Assembly (NCBI GenBank): GCA_044221225.1
Contig: JBGAPQ010000018.1
Coordinates: 10,809 to 74,808 of the forward strand
Direction of reading: 5' to 3'
Length of the DNA: 64,000 nucleotides
Source: Chitinophagaceae bacterium
Lineage (GTDB): Bacteria; Bacteroidota; Bacteroidia; Chitinophagales; Chitinophagaceae
Shown here: positions 1-8,454 of the stretch, piece by piece
How positions within the stretch are numbered: the first letter of the stretch is position 1
How the letters are laid out: every line of letters starts with the position of its first letter
The notes under the pieces: generated by a model
Seen by the model: the letters and a program-made list of their open reading frames with translations, nothing else
The model's database searches: none
Told to the model about the DNA's origin: nothing
Position numbers and translations under genes: made by a program

Positions 1-525
1 TTTTTCTATATCGGGCAGGTTGCGGCTGGCCTTGTGCCAGTCGTAGTTCCTGTTGGGGTTTTCATTTATAAAGGGTATGTAATAATACAAGTGCTGTACC
101 TGCATGTGCTCAGTTGTTTTTTTCCTGCATGTGCTGACCACAAAATCTTTTGTTTCGGCAGGCAGCTGCACCAGGTTCAGGTCAAATTTTCTGCCGTTCC
201 ATGCAAACCGGTTTTTATACTCCTGTATAAACCGGTACAGCAATGGCACCCCTTCCTGCATGGCCCAGATGGCGGCATGGCCGTTGCGCTCCCTGAACTG
301 TATTTTGGGATAGCGTACAATGGTTTTCTTTAGTCCGTCTTCCGTTCTTTCGTTACTGAATATCTCCTGAGCCTGCCCGCCAGGTATGCAACGCAACACG
401 GCTTCACGAAAGTCATGTATCTGTGCCGGCCCTATCTTGAGACTGAACTCTGCCAGCATGGAATTGATGAGGGGGTTGGTTGTTTTTCTTCTGGTGAGTA
501 TTTTTTCGGGGGTGAGTAATTCCAT
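1..525 (-). CDS. cas6: Cas6-family CRISPR RNA endoribonuclease (Cas6b-like), N-terminal 175 codons; the gene runs off the left edge
   Basis: It is missing from the ORF track because it has no in-window stop. The reverse-strand ATG at 525-523 opens MELLTPEKILTRRKTTNPLINSMLAEFSLKIGPAQIHDFREAVLRCIPGGQAQEIFSNERTEDGLKKTIVRYPKIQFRERNGHAAIWAMQEGVPLLYRFIQEYK..., and I checked by hand that it stays open to base 1. The pattern FRxAV ... RYPxIQ[FY][KR] ... G.AAI matches what I recall for Cas6b_N-type Cas6. It lies on the same strand, 176 nt downstream of the cmr operon. Confidence 0.55.
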   Translation of the reverse strand, partial: MELLTPEKILTRRKTTNPLINSMLAEFSLKIGPAQIHDFREAVLRCIPGGQAQEIFSNERTEDGLKKTIVRYPKIQFRERNGHAAIWAMQEGVPLLYRFIQEYKNRFAWNGRKFDLNLVQLPAETKDFVVSTCRKKTTEHMQVQHLYYYIPFINENPNRNYDWHKASRNLPDIEK

Positions 526-701
526 TGTAATTGTTTTTAGATTCAGGTGTTTTATTGGAATAATAGCCTTATGATTTAATTTTTCCGATCGTACCAAATA
601 ATTAGCTTTCAGCGAATCCTCTACTAAAATTCCTCACTAGTATCTTCATAGATTTTTCTTCTATCGGTTCTGTAACAATATAAAAGCCACTGTTTCGTTC
701 A

Positions 702-1565
702 TCAATCACTATCTACTCTCTGTTTCCATACCGCTGATAATCTGTCGCCATGCTTTTCATACAATGAACCTGGAGTCGGAAATGCATCATAAAGAATACA
801 GTTATACTCAGCAAAATTGATAAACAAATCATCCAGTTTAGGCTTACTCTTTAATCCTTCTAGTTTAGTATCAATTTCTCTTAACAGTTTAGCTTTTTTA
901 ATAAACGAATTGTAATAAGTCAAAACATTAAAAGCAAAAACTGTATTAACCAATAAAACCAGGTATTGAGATACATTTAAACTTTGGGTCGCCTTATCTC
1001 CTGCAGATTCACTTAAAACAATCATCCCTGCAATTACAGATATTAATATAACAACAAACATTGCCACTATTAAATTCTTTATTGCTCTCCCATGTAATTC
1101 CATTAAAGAGGATGTCCAAAATGAATTTTCCTGAATATGTTCAGCCAGCATTTCGTTTTTTTCTTTTCTATCTGTATAATAGTCAGATTCTTCCTTTGGA
1201 TTTTTTCTGGCAAGTTCAATAACTGATTTACTTACTTGCGATATCAAATAAGCCTGCTCCGCCTTATTATTTGCAGTAGGAAATACTTTTCTTATCAAGT
1301 CCAATTTTCTTATTCTTTCACCAATATCATACGCATACCTGAATTTATCCTGGTAGCGGTTGTCAAGTAAAATAGCAAAAACAGAAATAACGAAAACTCC
1401 CCAAATTGAAATACTATTAACAGTCAACCCCGGGAAAAATATTACTCCGAGATTTATAGAAAAAATTATGCCTTTTATCCAAAAACCCGTTTTAAGGAAA
1501 GTATATGCCATCTTATATTGAGCACTCATGAGGGAGGATATGTTTGGTATTTCATTTTTACTCAT
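702..1565 (-). CDS. 4-TM membrane protein (S-4TM/SLATT-like candidate effector), last gene of the cmr operon
   Basis: 287 aa. Two N-terminal hydrophobic helices (GFWIKGIIFSINLGVIFFPGL, ISIWGVFVISVFAILL) are followed by a ~100 aa charged loop ending DYY...QENSFW. Two more helices follow (LIVAMFVVILISVIAGMIVL, YLVLLVNTVFAFNVLTYY), then a ~70 aa tail with PGSLYEK. The start overlaps the HEPN stop by 8 nt. The architecture and motifs match ORF 8455-9366. Confidence 0.6.
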   Translation of the reverse strand: MSKNEIPNISSLMSAQYKMAYTFLKTGFWIKGIIFSINLGVIFFPGLTVNSISIWGVFVISVFAILLDNRYQDKFRYAYDIGERIRKLDLIRKVFPTANNKAEQAYLISQVSKSVIELARKNPKEESDYYTDRKEKNEMLAEHIQENSFWTSSLMELHGRAIKNLIVAMFVVILISVIAGMIVLSESAGDKATQSLNVSQYLVLLVNTVFAFNVLTYYNSFIKKAKLLREIDTKLEGLKSKPKLDDLFINFAEYNCILYDAFPTPGSLYEKHGDRLSAVWKQRVDSD

Positions 1566-1911
1566 TGCAAAATATTTTTTTTATTGTTGAGCAATTCTTG
1601 TCAAAGAAATCATACTCATATTTAGTTACGATAGTATTTGCATCCCATTCATTAATGATCGAGCTTGTATATAAATAGTAAATGCATTTTTGGGCATGAA
1701 TCGTGTCCTGAAGTGAAATAAATTCAAATATTGCCTTTTGCGTACTGTCAAAATCTACCCCTTTTTCTTCAAGAATATGGAATATCAGACTTCTTATACT
1801 TGCCCACTTGATCTGAATTGCTGATAAGTACAATTTCTCTTCAAGAAGTAACATAACCGCTTTTTCAAATTCACTTTGCCTTTGATAATACTCTTTATAT
1901 TTCAACTCCAT
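1558..1911 (-). CDS. HEPN-domain protein (partner of the upstream MNT)
   Basis: I use the internal ATG at 1911 (MELKYKEYYQRQSEFEKAV...). It gives a ~117 aa all-helical protein with an Rx4H motif (IRSLIFH). It overlaps the MNT stop (1895) by 17 nt, as is typical for MNT-HEPN pairs. The longer ORF-track version (to 2046) would overlap half of the MNT gene. Confidence 0.55.
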   Translation of the reverse strand: MELKYKEYYQRQSEFEKAVMLLLEEKLYLSAIQIKWASIRSLIFHILEEKGVDFDSTQKAIFEFISLQDTIHAQKCIYYLYTSSIINEWDANTIVTKYEYDFFDKNCSTIKKIFCNE

Positions 1912-2203
1912 TTTTTTGCACATTTTTGATAAAGGCATTGGGCTTTGCACTAAAATCAGAATTGTAAACAGGAAAAAACAAGAACATAAAATGATATTTT
2001 TGAATATACCCGATAGCCATTTCACTTGTTTTGGTGACGAAGTCAAACTTATTTACTCCATTAGTAATTACTACTACAAAGTCCAACTCTGTGTTTAAGA
2101 AAGTTTCTTTCCGAAAATTCCCTATTAAGAATAATCTTTCAACGCTGATTACTTCACTTAGCCCCTTTTTGATTTCTCTTGCCAGTTCTATAGTGTTTTT
2201 CAT
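1895..2203 (-). CDS. Minimal nucleotidyltransferase (MNT, Pol-beta superfamily)
   Basis: 102 aa. LFLIGNFRKETFLNTELDFVVVI fits the hG[GS]x9-13[DE]h[DE] Pol-beta NTase signature, with GS replaced by GN and the acidic pair as ELD. It starts 1 nt after the cmr6 stop. Confidence 0.55.
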   Translation of the reverse strand: MKNTIELAREIKKGLSEVISVERLFLIGNFRKETFLNTELDFVVVITNGVNKFDFVTKTSEMAIGYIQKYHFMFLFFPVYNSDFSAKPNAFIKNVQKNGVEI

Positions 2204-2204
2204 G

Positions 2205-3119
2205 CTATGCTTTTGTCATTGTGGTCAATAACTGCCCATAACCCACATTGGTTTTAGCACCTGTCCCCGTATATTCAAGTATACTTTTAAACAATTCCAT
2301 AATAGCCTGTCTTCTTAATCCCAGACCTGGAATATCCTGCAACAAAAACTGAAAGCTGAATTTTACTTTAGGCCGTATTTTCAGAAAATTTAGCGGTACC
2401 GGGTTCTTCAAAGGATCAGGATGCGGTGCTATGCTGTCCGTTTCAAATATCATATTTTCTTTGGCGCCGGATATATAAGCATTATAAAAAATAAACCGGT
2501 CATAAATACTTAAGTATTCATTATCTCCGGCCTCTTTGGTTTTGTCCAGGTCTACCCCTTCAAATATTGCCAGTTCAAGCCGGTGCACTTTTTTTATTTT
2601 CTCTGTTTCTTCAAGTCCTTTCCACCCGGTCAGTTCAGCAATAAATTCAACCTTGCTTTTCTGAATGTCAGTAATATCTTTTTCCTTTGGTAACTCATTT
2701 AATTTCCGGCCCAGTTGGGGGAACTCACTCCGCAATACACCCTTTACGCTGCTGCCGGGTATGCAGGGAAGCCCTGTAGTATGGTCAAAATAAAATCCCA
2801 TTTTAAATTCGGCTTCATTATCGCTCTGGTGTGTGTAACCGGTGCCGATAAGCAGTCCGGGGTAGGTAGTGGTAAATTCTATTTCTGTCAGCCAAATACT
2901 TTCCTCTTTATTCAACCGCAGACATTGATAATCCCCGGCCTGCAGTGCAAAGTTTTGCAGCTTCCTGTTGGCATCTTCAATAACTGGCTTATTACTTTTT
3001 TTGAGTTCTTTAAAATCATCTTTGTCTATCGGTTTTTCCGGGCTGAACACAACCCTGTTGTTTCCTGTCCCGGTTTCATGCTGGTAATATCCTTTATAAA
3101 AAAACTCCCTTGCATTCAT
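2205..3119 (-). CDS. cmr6: Type III-B RAMP protein Cmr6
   Basis: 304 aa. It has the RAMP motif GLPCIPGSSVKGVLRSEF and a C-terminal glycine-rich loop GTGAKTNVGYGQL. It sits directly after cmr5. Confidence 0.8.
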   Translation of the reverse strand: MNAREFFYKGYYQHETGTGNNRVVFSPEKPIDKDDFKELKKSNKPVIEDANRKLQNFALQAGDYQCLRLNKEESIWLTEIEFTTTYPGLLIGTGYTHQSDNEAEFKMGFYFDHTTGLPCIPGSSVKGVLRSEFPQLGRKLNELPKEKDITDIQKSKVEFIAELTGWKGLEETEKIKKVHRLELAIFEGVDLDKTKEAGDNEYLSIYDRFIFYNAYISGAKENMIFETDSIAPHPDPLKNPVPLNFLKIRPKVKFSFQFLLQDIPGLGLRRQAIMELFKSILEYTGTGAKTNVGYGQLLTTMTKA

Positions 3120-3120
3120 A

Positions 3121-3519
3121 TCAGTTAGTTTTTACCTGTTTAAAATTCCGTAGGCTGAGTTTTATGGCCACCACTGCGTCCATAATTAGTGGTTTCAGCG
3201 CTGCTTTTTCCTGCGGGCTCTTAGCCAATAAAAAATTCAACAGCCCATTTTTTTCATCAGCAATTGGCAAACCCTCTTTGCTGCGCAGTACGGCGCTGAC
3301 TATACCCAGTATTTCATACCGGTGTGGCTTATCACTATCCCTGTCTTTATGTATATCCGTATAGAAAGACACGGCAGGCAGCAGGCTGCTGGCGATGATG
3401 GCAGGCCCTAATGATGCAGCATACCCGTCATACTCTTCTGCTACCTTATTACCCCTGCCAATGCCTTCCCGGATAACCCTCAGTGCATCCGGTAAATAGT
3501 TTTCAATCCTTGTCTTCAT
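3121..3519 (-). CDS. cmr5: Type III-B small subunit Cmr5
   Basis: 132 aa, helical. YDGYAASLGPAIIASSLLPAVSFY resembles the Cmr5 core motif. It lies between cmr4 and cmr6. Confidence 0.7.
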   Translation of the reverse strand: MKTRIENYLPDALRVIREGIGRGNKVAEEYDGYAASLGPAIIASSLLPAVSFYTDIHKDRDSDKPHRYEILGIVSAVLRSKEGLPIADEKNGLLNFLLAKSPQEKAALKPLIMDAVVAIKLSLRNFKQVKTN

Positions 3520-4196
3520 CAGTGTTTATTTAATTTGGTGAATTTGCACAGGCCATACCCTACAGTAGCATTGGCCCCAACCTGGATTAAGGATGTGGTG
3601 ATTTCTTTATTGAAATCATCAAATAAGCTGTTGTCTTTTTCTTCATAAATAATACCGGTAATAAAAACTGTTTTGTGTGGCACCACTCTTTCATACCAAA
3701 GGTTCTGGCTGATGCCGTTTTCAAGATGATTGCGGGCAATTACCGGCAGATCGTCAACCGCTTCATTAAAAGCGGCTGAGTTGTTTACAGAATCTTTCAC
3801 TCTCCAGTCTGTGTTCATTTCGTATCCAAGAAGCTTGTACTTCTCAGCATACAGTCTGCTGATAGTATTACCACAATGTACCAGTTTGTAATAAGGGCTT
3901 TCTGTTTGCGGCGATGGTAAAGCTGCCAGGTCTGCAGCAAGAAAACTGAAACTGCCGGCCTGTTGTACTTTCTGTTTATCCTTGTCTTCACTGCAACCAA
4001 AAACTTTATCCACATGTTGCCACTTTCGGTGCTCCAGGAATTCCCTCAGCGCACCCTTCAGGCTGCTCGCATAAATAGTGGGCAGGCCTGAAGCGGCATC
4101 CCTTTGTATTTCCTTATCTACAATTTCATAATTGCTGTCGCCACTGCCTGCATGCAGGTTGGTAATGGCTTCTATGGTGTAAATAGCTGTTGTCAT
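3519..4196 (-). CDS. cmr4: Type III-B backbone RAMP / target-RNA cleaving subunit Cmr4
   Basis: 225 aa. ITNLHAGSGDSNYEIVDKEIQRDAASGLPTIYASSLKGALRE and the C-terminal GANATVGYG are classical Cmr4/Csm3-type RAMP motifs, including the acidic residue in the VDKEIQRD segment. Confidence 0.85.
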   Translation of the reverse strand: MTTAIYTIEAITNLHAGSGDSNYEIVDKEIQRDAASGLPTIYASSLKGALREFLEHRKWQHVDKVFGCSEDKDKQKVQQAGSFSFLAADLAALPSPQTESPYYKLVHCGNTISRLYAEKYKLLGYEMNTDWRVKDSVNNSAAFNEAVDDLPVIARNHLENGISQNLWYERVVPHKTVFITGIIYEEKDNSLFDDFNKEITTSLIQVGANATVGYGLCKFTKLNKH

Positions 4197-4205
4197 ATTC
4201 TTACA

Positions 4206-5282
4206 TTAAAAGTTCCTGATAAACTGGTTATATCCTATCGAAGTAAAACCCTGATGGCCTAGCAACCCCACAACCCTATCTTTTTTTGCTCCGTCAGCAA
4301 ATAACAAAGAGCCCTGCTTTAGCAGGTAAGTGGTTTCAACTGGCTTGTATAATTGCTTTTCATCACCTGCCAGGCTGCCAAGTCTGGAAAAATTGGTAAC
4401 TGTTTTGGGTGTCCTTATATTACGGAAAGCTTTTGCCCGCAAAACAGCATAGCTGATGTGTTCCTCCATTTCAGCCATGCTACTTACATAAGCATCTGTA
4501 AGCAGCAGCACACAGGGAGCAGATTGTGGCAGGTATGCGCTGAACAATGTTGTTAATTTATCCATCATACTGCTCCATATAGTGAAGCCATTTTCAGTAT
4601 AAGAAATGGAAAACATTTTTTTCTCACCGCCAAACGGAAGTAACCCTGGCAGCTTATTTATATCGACACTTCCATCTACAACTGCCTGGAAAGCTATTGC
4701 ACAGTTCTTAAGCCGGTAAAATTGCTGTTTGTAAAAGGCCCCTTCGTCTGTTTCCCTGTTATTGGTTTTGCCCTTATCAATACCTATATGGGTTTCGTGG
4801 CAAAATAAAGTACTGTCATCAACCAGTTCGCCGCTGACAATATTCAACCACCTTGGTGCAAATTCATTTTTGGGGTTATAATTTATTGCCGAAAACTTTC
4901 GGGCTGACAGCCGGTTATTATAAATAGCTGATTCGCCAGATACAGCTAATGACATTGTTACCATCCGGTTATTTTCTTCCTGCAGCAATGGAGGGCATTT
5001 ATATAACACCTCATTTTTGCTGTTGACGAGATAAAGCGGACTGATAGAATGAATGAAACCAAAATGCTGATCCTCTATCCCGGGGTTAAAACTTTCTCCG
5101 ATTTCATAACCTGCACAAAAGAAGGCATGGCGCAGCAGGCCCAGCAGTCCTGTCTGCTGCGGCAATGGATTGCTTTTCACAGAAAAGTTTCTAATCCCTT
5201 TGGCTCCGTATTCAAAGGTTTCATTACTGCCAAAAAAATAGTAATCAAGCGGTCTTATGGTTATTTGTATCGTTTTACTCAT
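4206..5282 (-). CDS. cmr3: Type III-B Cmr3
   Basis: 358 aa. The N-terminus IRPLDYYFFGSNETFE...NPLPQQTGLLGLLRHAFF and the internal LPFGGEKKMF fit the Cmr3 pattern. It lies between cas10 and cmr4. Confidence 0.8.
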   Translation of the reverse strand: MSKTIQITIRPLDYYFFGSNETFEYGAKGIRNFSVKSNPLPQQTGLLGLLRHAFFCAGYEIGESFNPGIEDQHFGFIHSISPLYLVNSKNEVLYKCPPLLQEENNRMVTMSLAVSGESAIYNNRLSARKFSAINYNPKNEFAPRWLNIVSGELVDDSTLFCHETHIGIDKGKTNNRETDEGAFYKQQFYRLKNCAIAFQAVVDGSVDINKLPGLLPFGGEKKMFSISYTENGFTIWSSMMDKLTTLFSAYLPQSAPCVLLLTDAYVSSMAEMEEHISYAVLRAKAFRNIRTPKTVTNFSRLGSLAGDEKQLYKPVETTYLLKQGSLLFADGAKKDRVVGLLGHQGFTSIGYNQFIRNF

Positions 5283-6903
5283 GGGCTGGCTGGTTTAAAA
5301 ACTGAAACATACGCAGGCAGGCAAACAACGTTTTAAATGTTTTGTCTGCATCGCCGGTTTCTTTATCCAACAATTCGGTAAACTCCCTGACCATCCGGAG
5401 ATAATTTTCATTATCAGTGAGCCTGGATATTTCCTTATGTATTTTCTCGTTCATGTGATTCTCAAAGAAGTTTCCCAGGCTGTTATTACGTATGGCATCC
5501 TTATACAACACCTGAATTTCCCTGAACTTATGTATAGTTGATGCCAGGAAGTTTATGTCCTTGAAGTTGTCGCCATTGTCAAGCATGTTCGTAATAAAAT
5601 ACTCCATGGCAGGGCCTTTGGTCAGTTCTGACCCAAACAGTTGTCCACTATGTTTCTGTACTTCAAATCCAAGCCTGTTTTTAAATCCTGAGTTCTTAAT
5701 ACGCATTAGAGCATCATGAGCTGCATTCAATGCATCAGCCATCGGGTACTTATAATAGCTGATGCCAATTCCGTAGCTGAGTGATACAGGGTCTTTAATC
5801 AGGCCGCTAAGCTTGTTCAGTTCAGCATCCGGAAACTCATTATCTATAGCGCTGAGTAATGCAAAAAAGTGTTTGCCTGTTTGCCTGCTGGTTTCAACAT
5901 TTCCATTAGCCAGCGGCAGAGCAAACAGCAAATCATCACCCCCAATAAAAATGGGAATTCCCCCATAATCAACAATCAATTTTGCCGCTTTACCGAAAAA
6001 TCGGGCAAGATGGGAAGAGTAGCTTTTAATTTTTCCCTCCTCATTGCCGAGTGCCCTCAGGCATTTTCCTACATTATCGCCATCTGCATAGACAAACGCA
6101 ATGTATTTGTGCCTTAACCTGAAATCTTTATAATTATCTTTTAAAGCCTGCATCAATTGGCTCTCCAGTTCCTGCTCCTCTTTTACTCTTTCATAGCGGG
6201 GTTTATTGCTCTGTATATAAGTGCACATTTTTTGACTGGCGGGTTCAGTAACCAGGTCAAAGTAATTCTGCTTGCCGGCTTTATATTTTAAATCCCTTGT
6301 ACAAAGTTCAATGATAGAAGGCAGTCGCTTATAGCCTTTTGCTCCGCATGTATAATGAATAAAAATGTCTCCCCCGCCTAATTGAAGGTTTTTATGCCCA
6401 TCATCGTATAATGCCTGTATATTATCGTCTAATGCAGGTACAAAGTCTACATCATTAGATGATACTTTCTCATATAGTTCTGCAGTATCGAGTAGTCTAT
6501 TTAACTCCAGAATAGCATTGGGGCCATTTTCATCAGCGTTAACTGATACAGCGCTGAAACTGGCATATTTATCAATCTGCTCCTTACTTATTCCTGTTAT
6601 TCTATACAATTCACTGCAAGCCTTCTCAAATACATTATTCATTTGCTCTGTCTTCATAGTACTTGTTTTCCAAAAAGCCCGGTCAGGATATATACCTGCA
6701 CCATGAATATGCAAACTTCCGTCTGCAGGCACAGGCGACAGCAATGTTCCGATATTTTGCTTTTCGGCCTCCGTTAATATCTCCCGCATCAGTATCGAAA
6801 AGAAATAGCTGGAAGACCAAAGCTCCCTCGTACTCCTGGCTTGCAGGATAGTATTATAAATGGGGCCTATGGTTATGGCGAGGTAGTTATTTAGCATAAT
6901 CAA
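5275..6903 (-). CDS. cas10: Cas10/Cmr2, short form without the HD domain, cyclase palm intact
   Basis: 542 aa. It begins directly with YLAITIGPIYNTILQARSTRELWSSSYFFSILM, the segment that normally follows the HD domain. It has HGAGIYPDR, a first palm FVYADGDNVGKCL and the catalytic GGDDLLFALP. No H-D dyad lies upstream of these motifs. Confidence 0.85.
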   Translation of the reverse strand: MIMLNNYLAITIGPIYNTILQARSTRELWSSSYFFSILMREILTEAEKQNIGTLLSPVPADGSLHIHGAGIYPDRAFWKTSTMKTEQMNNVFEKACSELYRITGISKEQIDKYASFSAVSVNADENGPNAILELNRLLDTAELYEKVSSNDVDFVPALDDNIQALYDDGHKNLQLGGGDIFIHYTCGAKGYKRLPSIIELCTRDLKYKAGKQNYFDLVTEPASQKMCTYIQSNKPRYERVKEEQELESQLMQALKDNYKDFRLRHKYIAFVYADGDNVGKCLRALGNEEGKIKSYSSHLARFFGKAAKLIVDYGGIPIFIGGDDLLFALPLANGNVETSRQTGKHFFALLSAIDNEFPDAELNKLSGLIKDPVSLSYGIGISYYKYPMADALNAAHDALMRIKNSGFKNRLGFEVQKHSGQLFGSELTKGPAMEYFITNMLDNGDNFKDINFLASTIHKFREIQVLYKDAIRNNSLGNFFENHMNEKIHKEISRLTDNENYLRMVREFTELLDKETGDADKTFKTLFACLRMFQFLNQPAHE

Positions 6904-8434
6904 ATTGTGAAAAGTAATCTTTTAAAAATGTAATAAAATCCCCCTTTCGTTGACTGGTCAAATTTGGGGTTCTAAACAATTCTCTTCCCGGCCTTGTTTC
7001 CGAATTTCTTAATTGTATTTTGTCACCAATTTGTTGCCAGCCATTTCTTGTTTTTTCCCTTACAGTAAAAAAAATCGAAAACGGTTTGTTCATAATAACA
7101 TCAAAATCATTCTTTATGAAGACATAAAGCTGCCACTCAATTAATTTATAAACAACAGGAGATTGAAATCTATCTATATCATCGTTATGAAAAGTCACAA
7201 CAAACTTTCTGTTCGAGTCTGTAGTTCCAAATTCATACTGCTCCGGCAAACCAAGAATAGCTCTGATAAAAAAATATTGACTATCAGAAAAACTATCATC
7301 CCAACTATTGTCACCCTCAAGCTCGTTAACTGATGGCGGTCTGTCTGCTTTCAGGCTTAAGCCTTGTCTCTCAGAATTAGTAAGATTATTAATTAATTTT
7401 TTTATTAGCCGTTTTTCCCAAACTTCGTTTCTGTCAATAAAGTGCAGAAACAACTTAGACTTAATATATTTCTTAGGGTTACCTGGGTTTACCCCACTCT
7501 TTAAGATTCTATTACTAAGCTCAATCTTATCAAGTATTTCAATGTAACTGGTGTATGGTAATACGTCATTTAAAAAATAATTTTTGCGAAGTTGAAATGC
7601 TTCATCAATTAATGAAGCAAAAACAGAGAACTCGCTTTTTAGTGCAAGTTTTTTTCTTTCTGCAAGAGACAAAAATTCTCCCTTTACTTTTTTAAGAATT
7701 TCGTCGTTTCTCCAAAGCTCATTAATCGGCTCATCCCCGATGATGTTTTCAGGAATAGAGTAAGAAAATTTCCTTTTTGCGTTGTATTTCTTTATTGTAT
7801 CCCGATTTACATTTCTATCAAACTTTATTGAGAAAAACTCTGAAGAATTCAGATTATAAAGATTTTCATCAAGATTTTCTCCAATATCAAGTTGGTCAAT
7901 AAGTTGATGTGTTCGCAAAAAAAGACTATGAACTTGTTGCTCAGCCGGAAGGCTAACATTAATATCATCTATTTCTGAAATAGTAAAGGAACCATAGCCT
8001 TTGGAAACTCTTTTTCCAAAGTTGGTAACAATAAAAAAATCAGTTATATGTTTTCGAATCTCCCGATTCAGATCCGCATTAAATGCTTTTATCATTCCAG
8101 ATAATCCATCAAATAACATTAAACTTTCTTCGGCCCCAACTACTGACTTTTTAAAGCTGATGCCTTTGACGGTATTAAATGAAAGTTTATAGTCAAATGC
8201 ATTATATCCCTTTTCGTATTTTGCCTTCAGAGTTTCTTCCGTTTGTTTAGTATATCCAATAAAGTAAGTTTTCGCTTTCTCAAAATCTCTTTGAAATACC
8301 ATATCAAGAAGGTATCTATCCAATTTTGGCTTTACCTCAGTAGCTCTTAAAGTAGCTCCGTCCTGGTTTGGCTGAAAGTGAATAAGAGGTGTGTGTTGTC
8401 TTAATTTAAATATCAGCGTATGCGGCAAACTCAT
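6887..8434 (-). CDS. cmr1: Type III-B Cmr1 (double-RAMP) with a large internal insertion
   Basis: 515 aa. The N-terminal RAMP is LIFKLRQHTPLIHFQPNQDGATLRATEVKPKLDRYL, the G-loop is FGKRVSKGYGSFTI, and the second RAMP has AILGLPEQYEF and DRFQSPVVYKLIE. It is the first cmr gene, upstream of cas10. Confidence 0.7.
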   Translation of the reverse strand: MSLPHTLIFKLRQHTPLIHFQPNQDGATLRATEVKPKLDRYLLDMVFQRDFEKAKTYFIGYTKQTEETLKAKYEKGYNAFDYKLSFNTVKGISFKKSVVGAEESLMLFDGLSGMIKAFNADLNREIRKHITDFFIVTNFGKRVSKGYGSFTISEIDDINVSLPAEQQVHSLFLRTHQLIDQLDIGENLDENLYNLNSSEFFSIKFDRNVNRDTIKKYNAKRKFSYSIPENIIGDEPINELWRNDEILKKVKGEFLSLAERKKLALKSEFSVFASLIDEAFQLRKNYFLNDVLPYTSYIEILDKIELSNRILKSGVNPGNPKKYIKSKLFLHFIDRNEVWEKRLIKKLINNLTNSERQGLSLKADRPPSVNELEGDNSWDDSFSDSQYFFIRAILGLPEQYEFGTTDSNRKFVVTFHNDDIDRFQSPVVYKLIEWQLYVFIKNDFDVIMNKPFSIFFTVREKTRNGWQQIGDKIQLRNSETRPGRELFRTPNLTSQRKGDFITFLKDYFSQFDYAK

Positions 8435-8454
8435 AATTCTTTCAGGTTTAATGT

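Noticed and set aside
526-701. Possible CRISPR array or leader between the last operon gene and cas6
   Set aside because: It is only 176 bp, and I could find no repeated 25-40 nt unit when reading both strands.
1558-2046. Full 162-aa version of the HEPN ORF, with a hydrophobic N-terminal extension
   Set aside because: The extension would overlap half of the MNT gene. The internal ATG at 1911 gives the usual short MNT/HEPN overlap and a standard HEPN size. A TM-anchored HEPN cannot be fully excluded.
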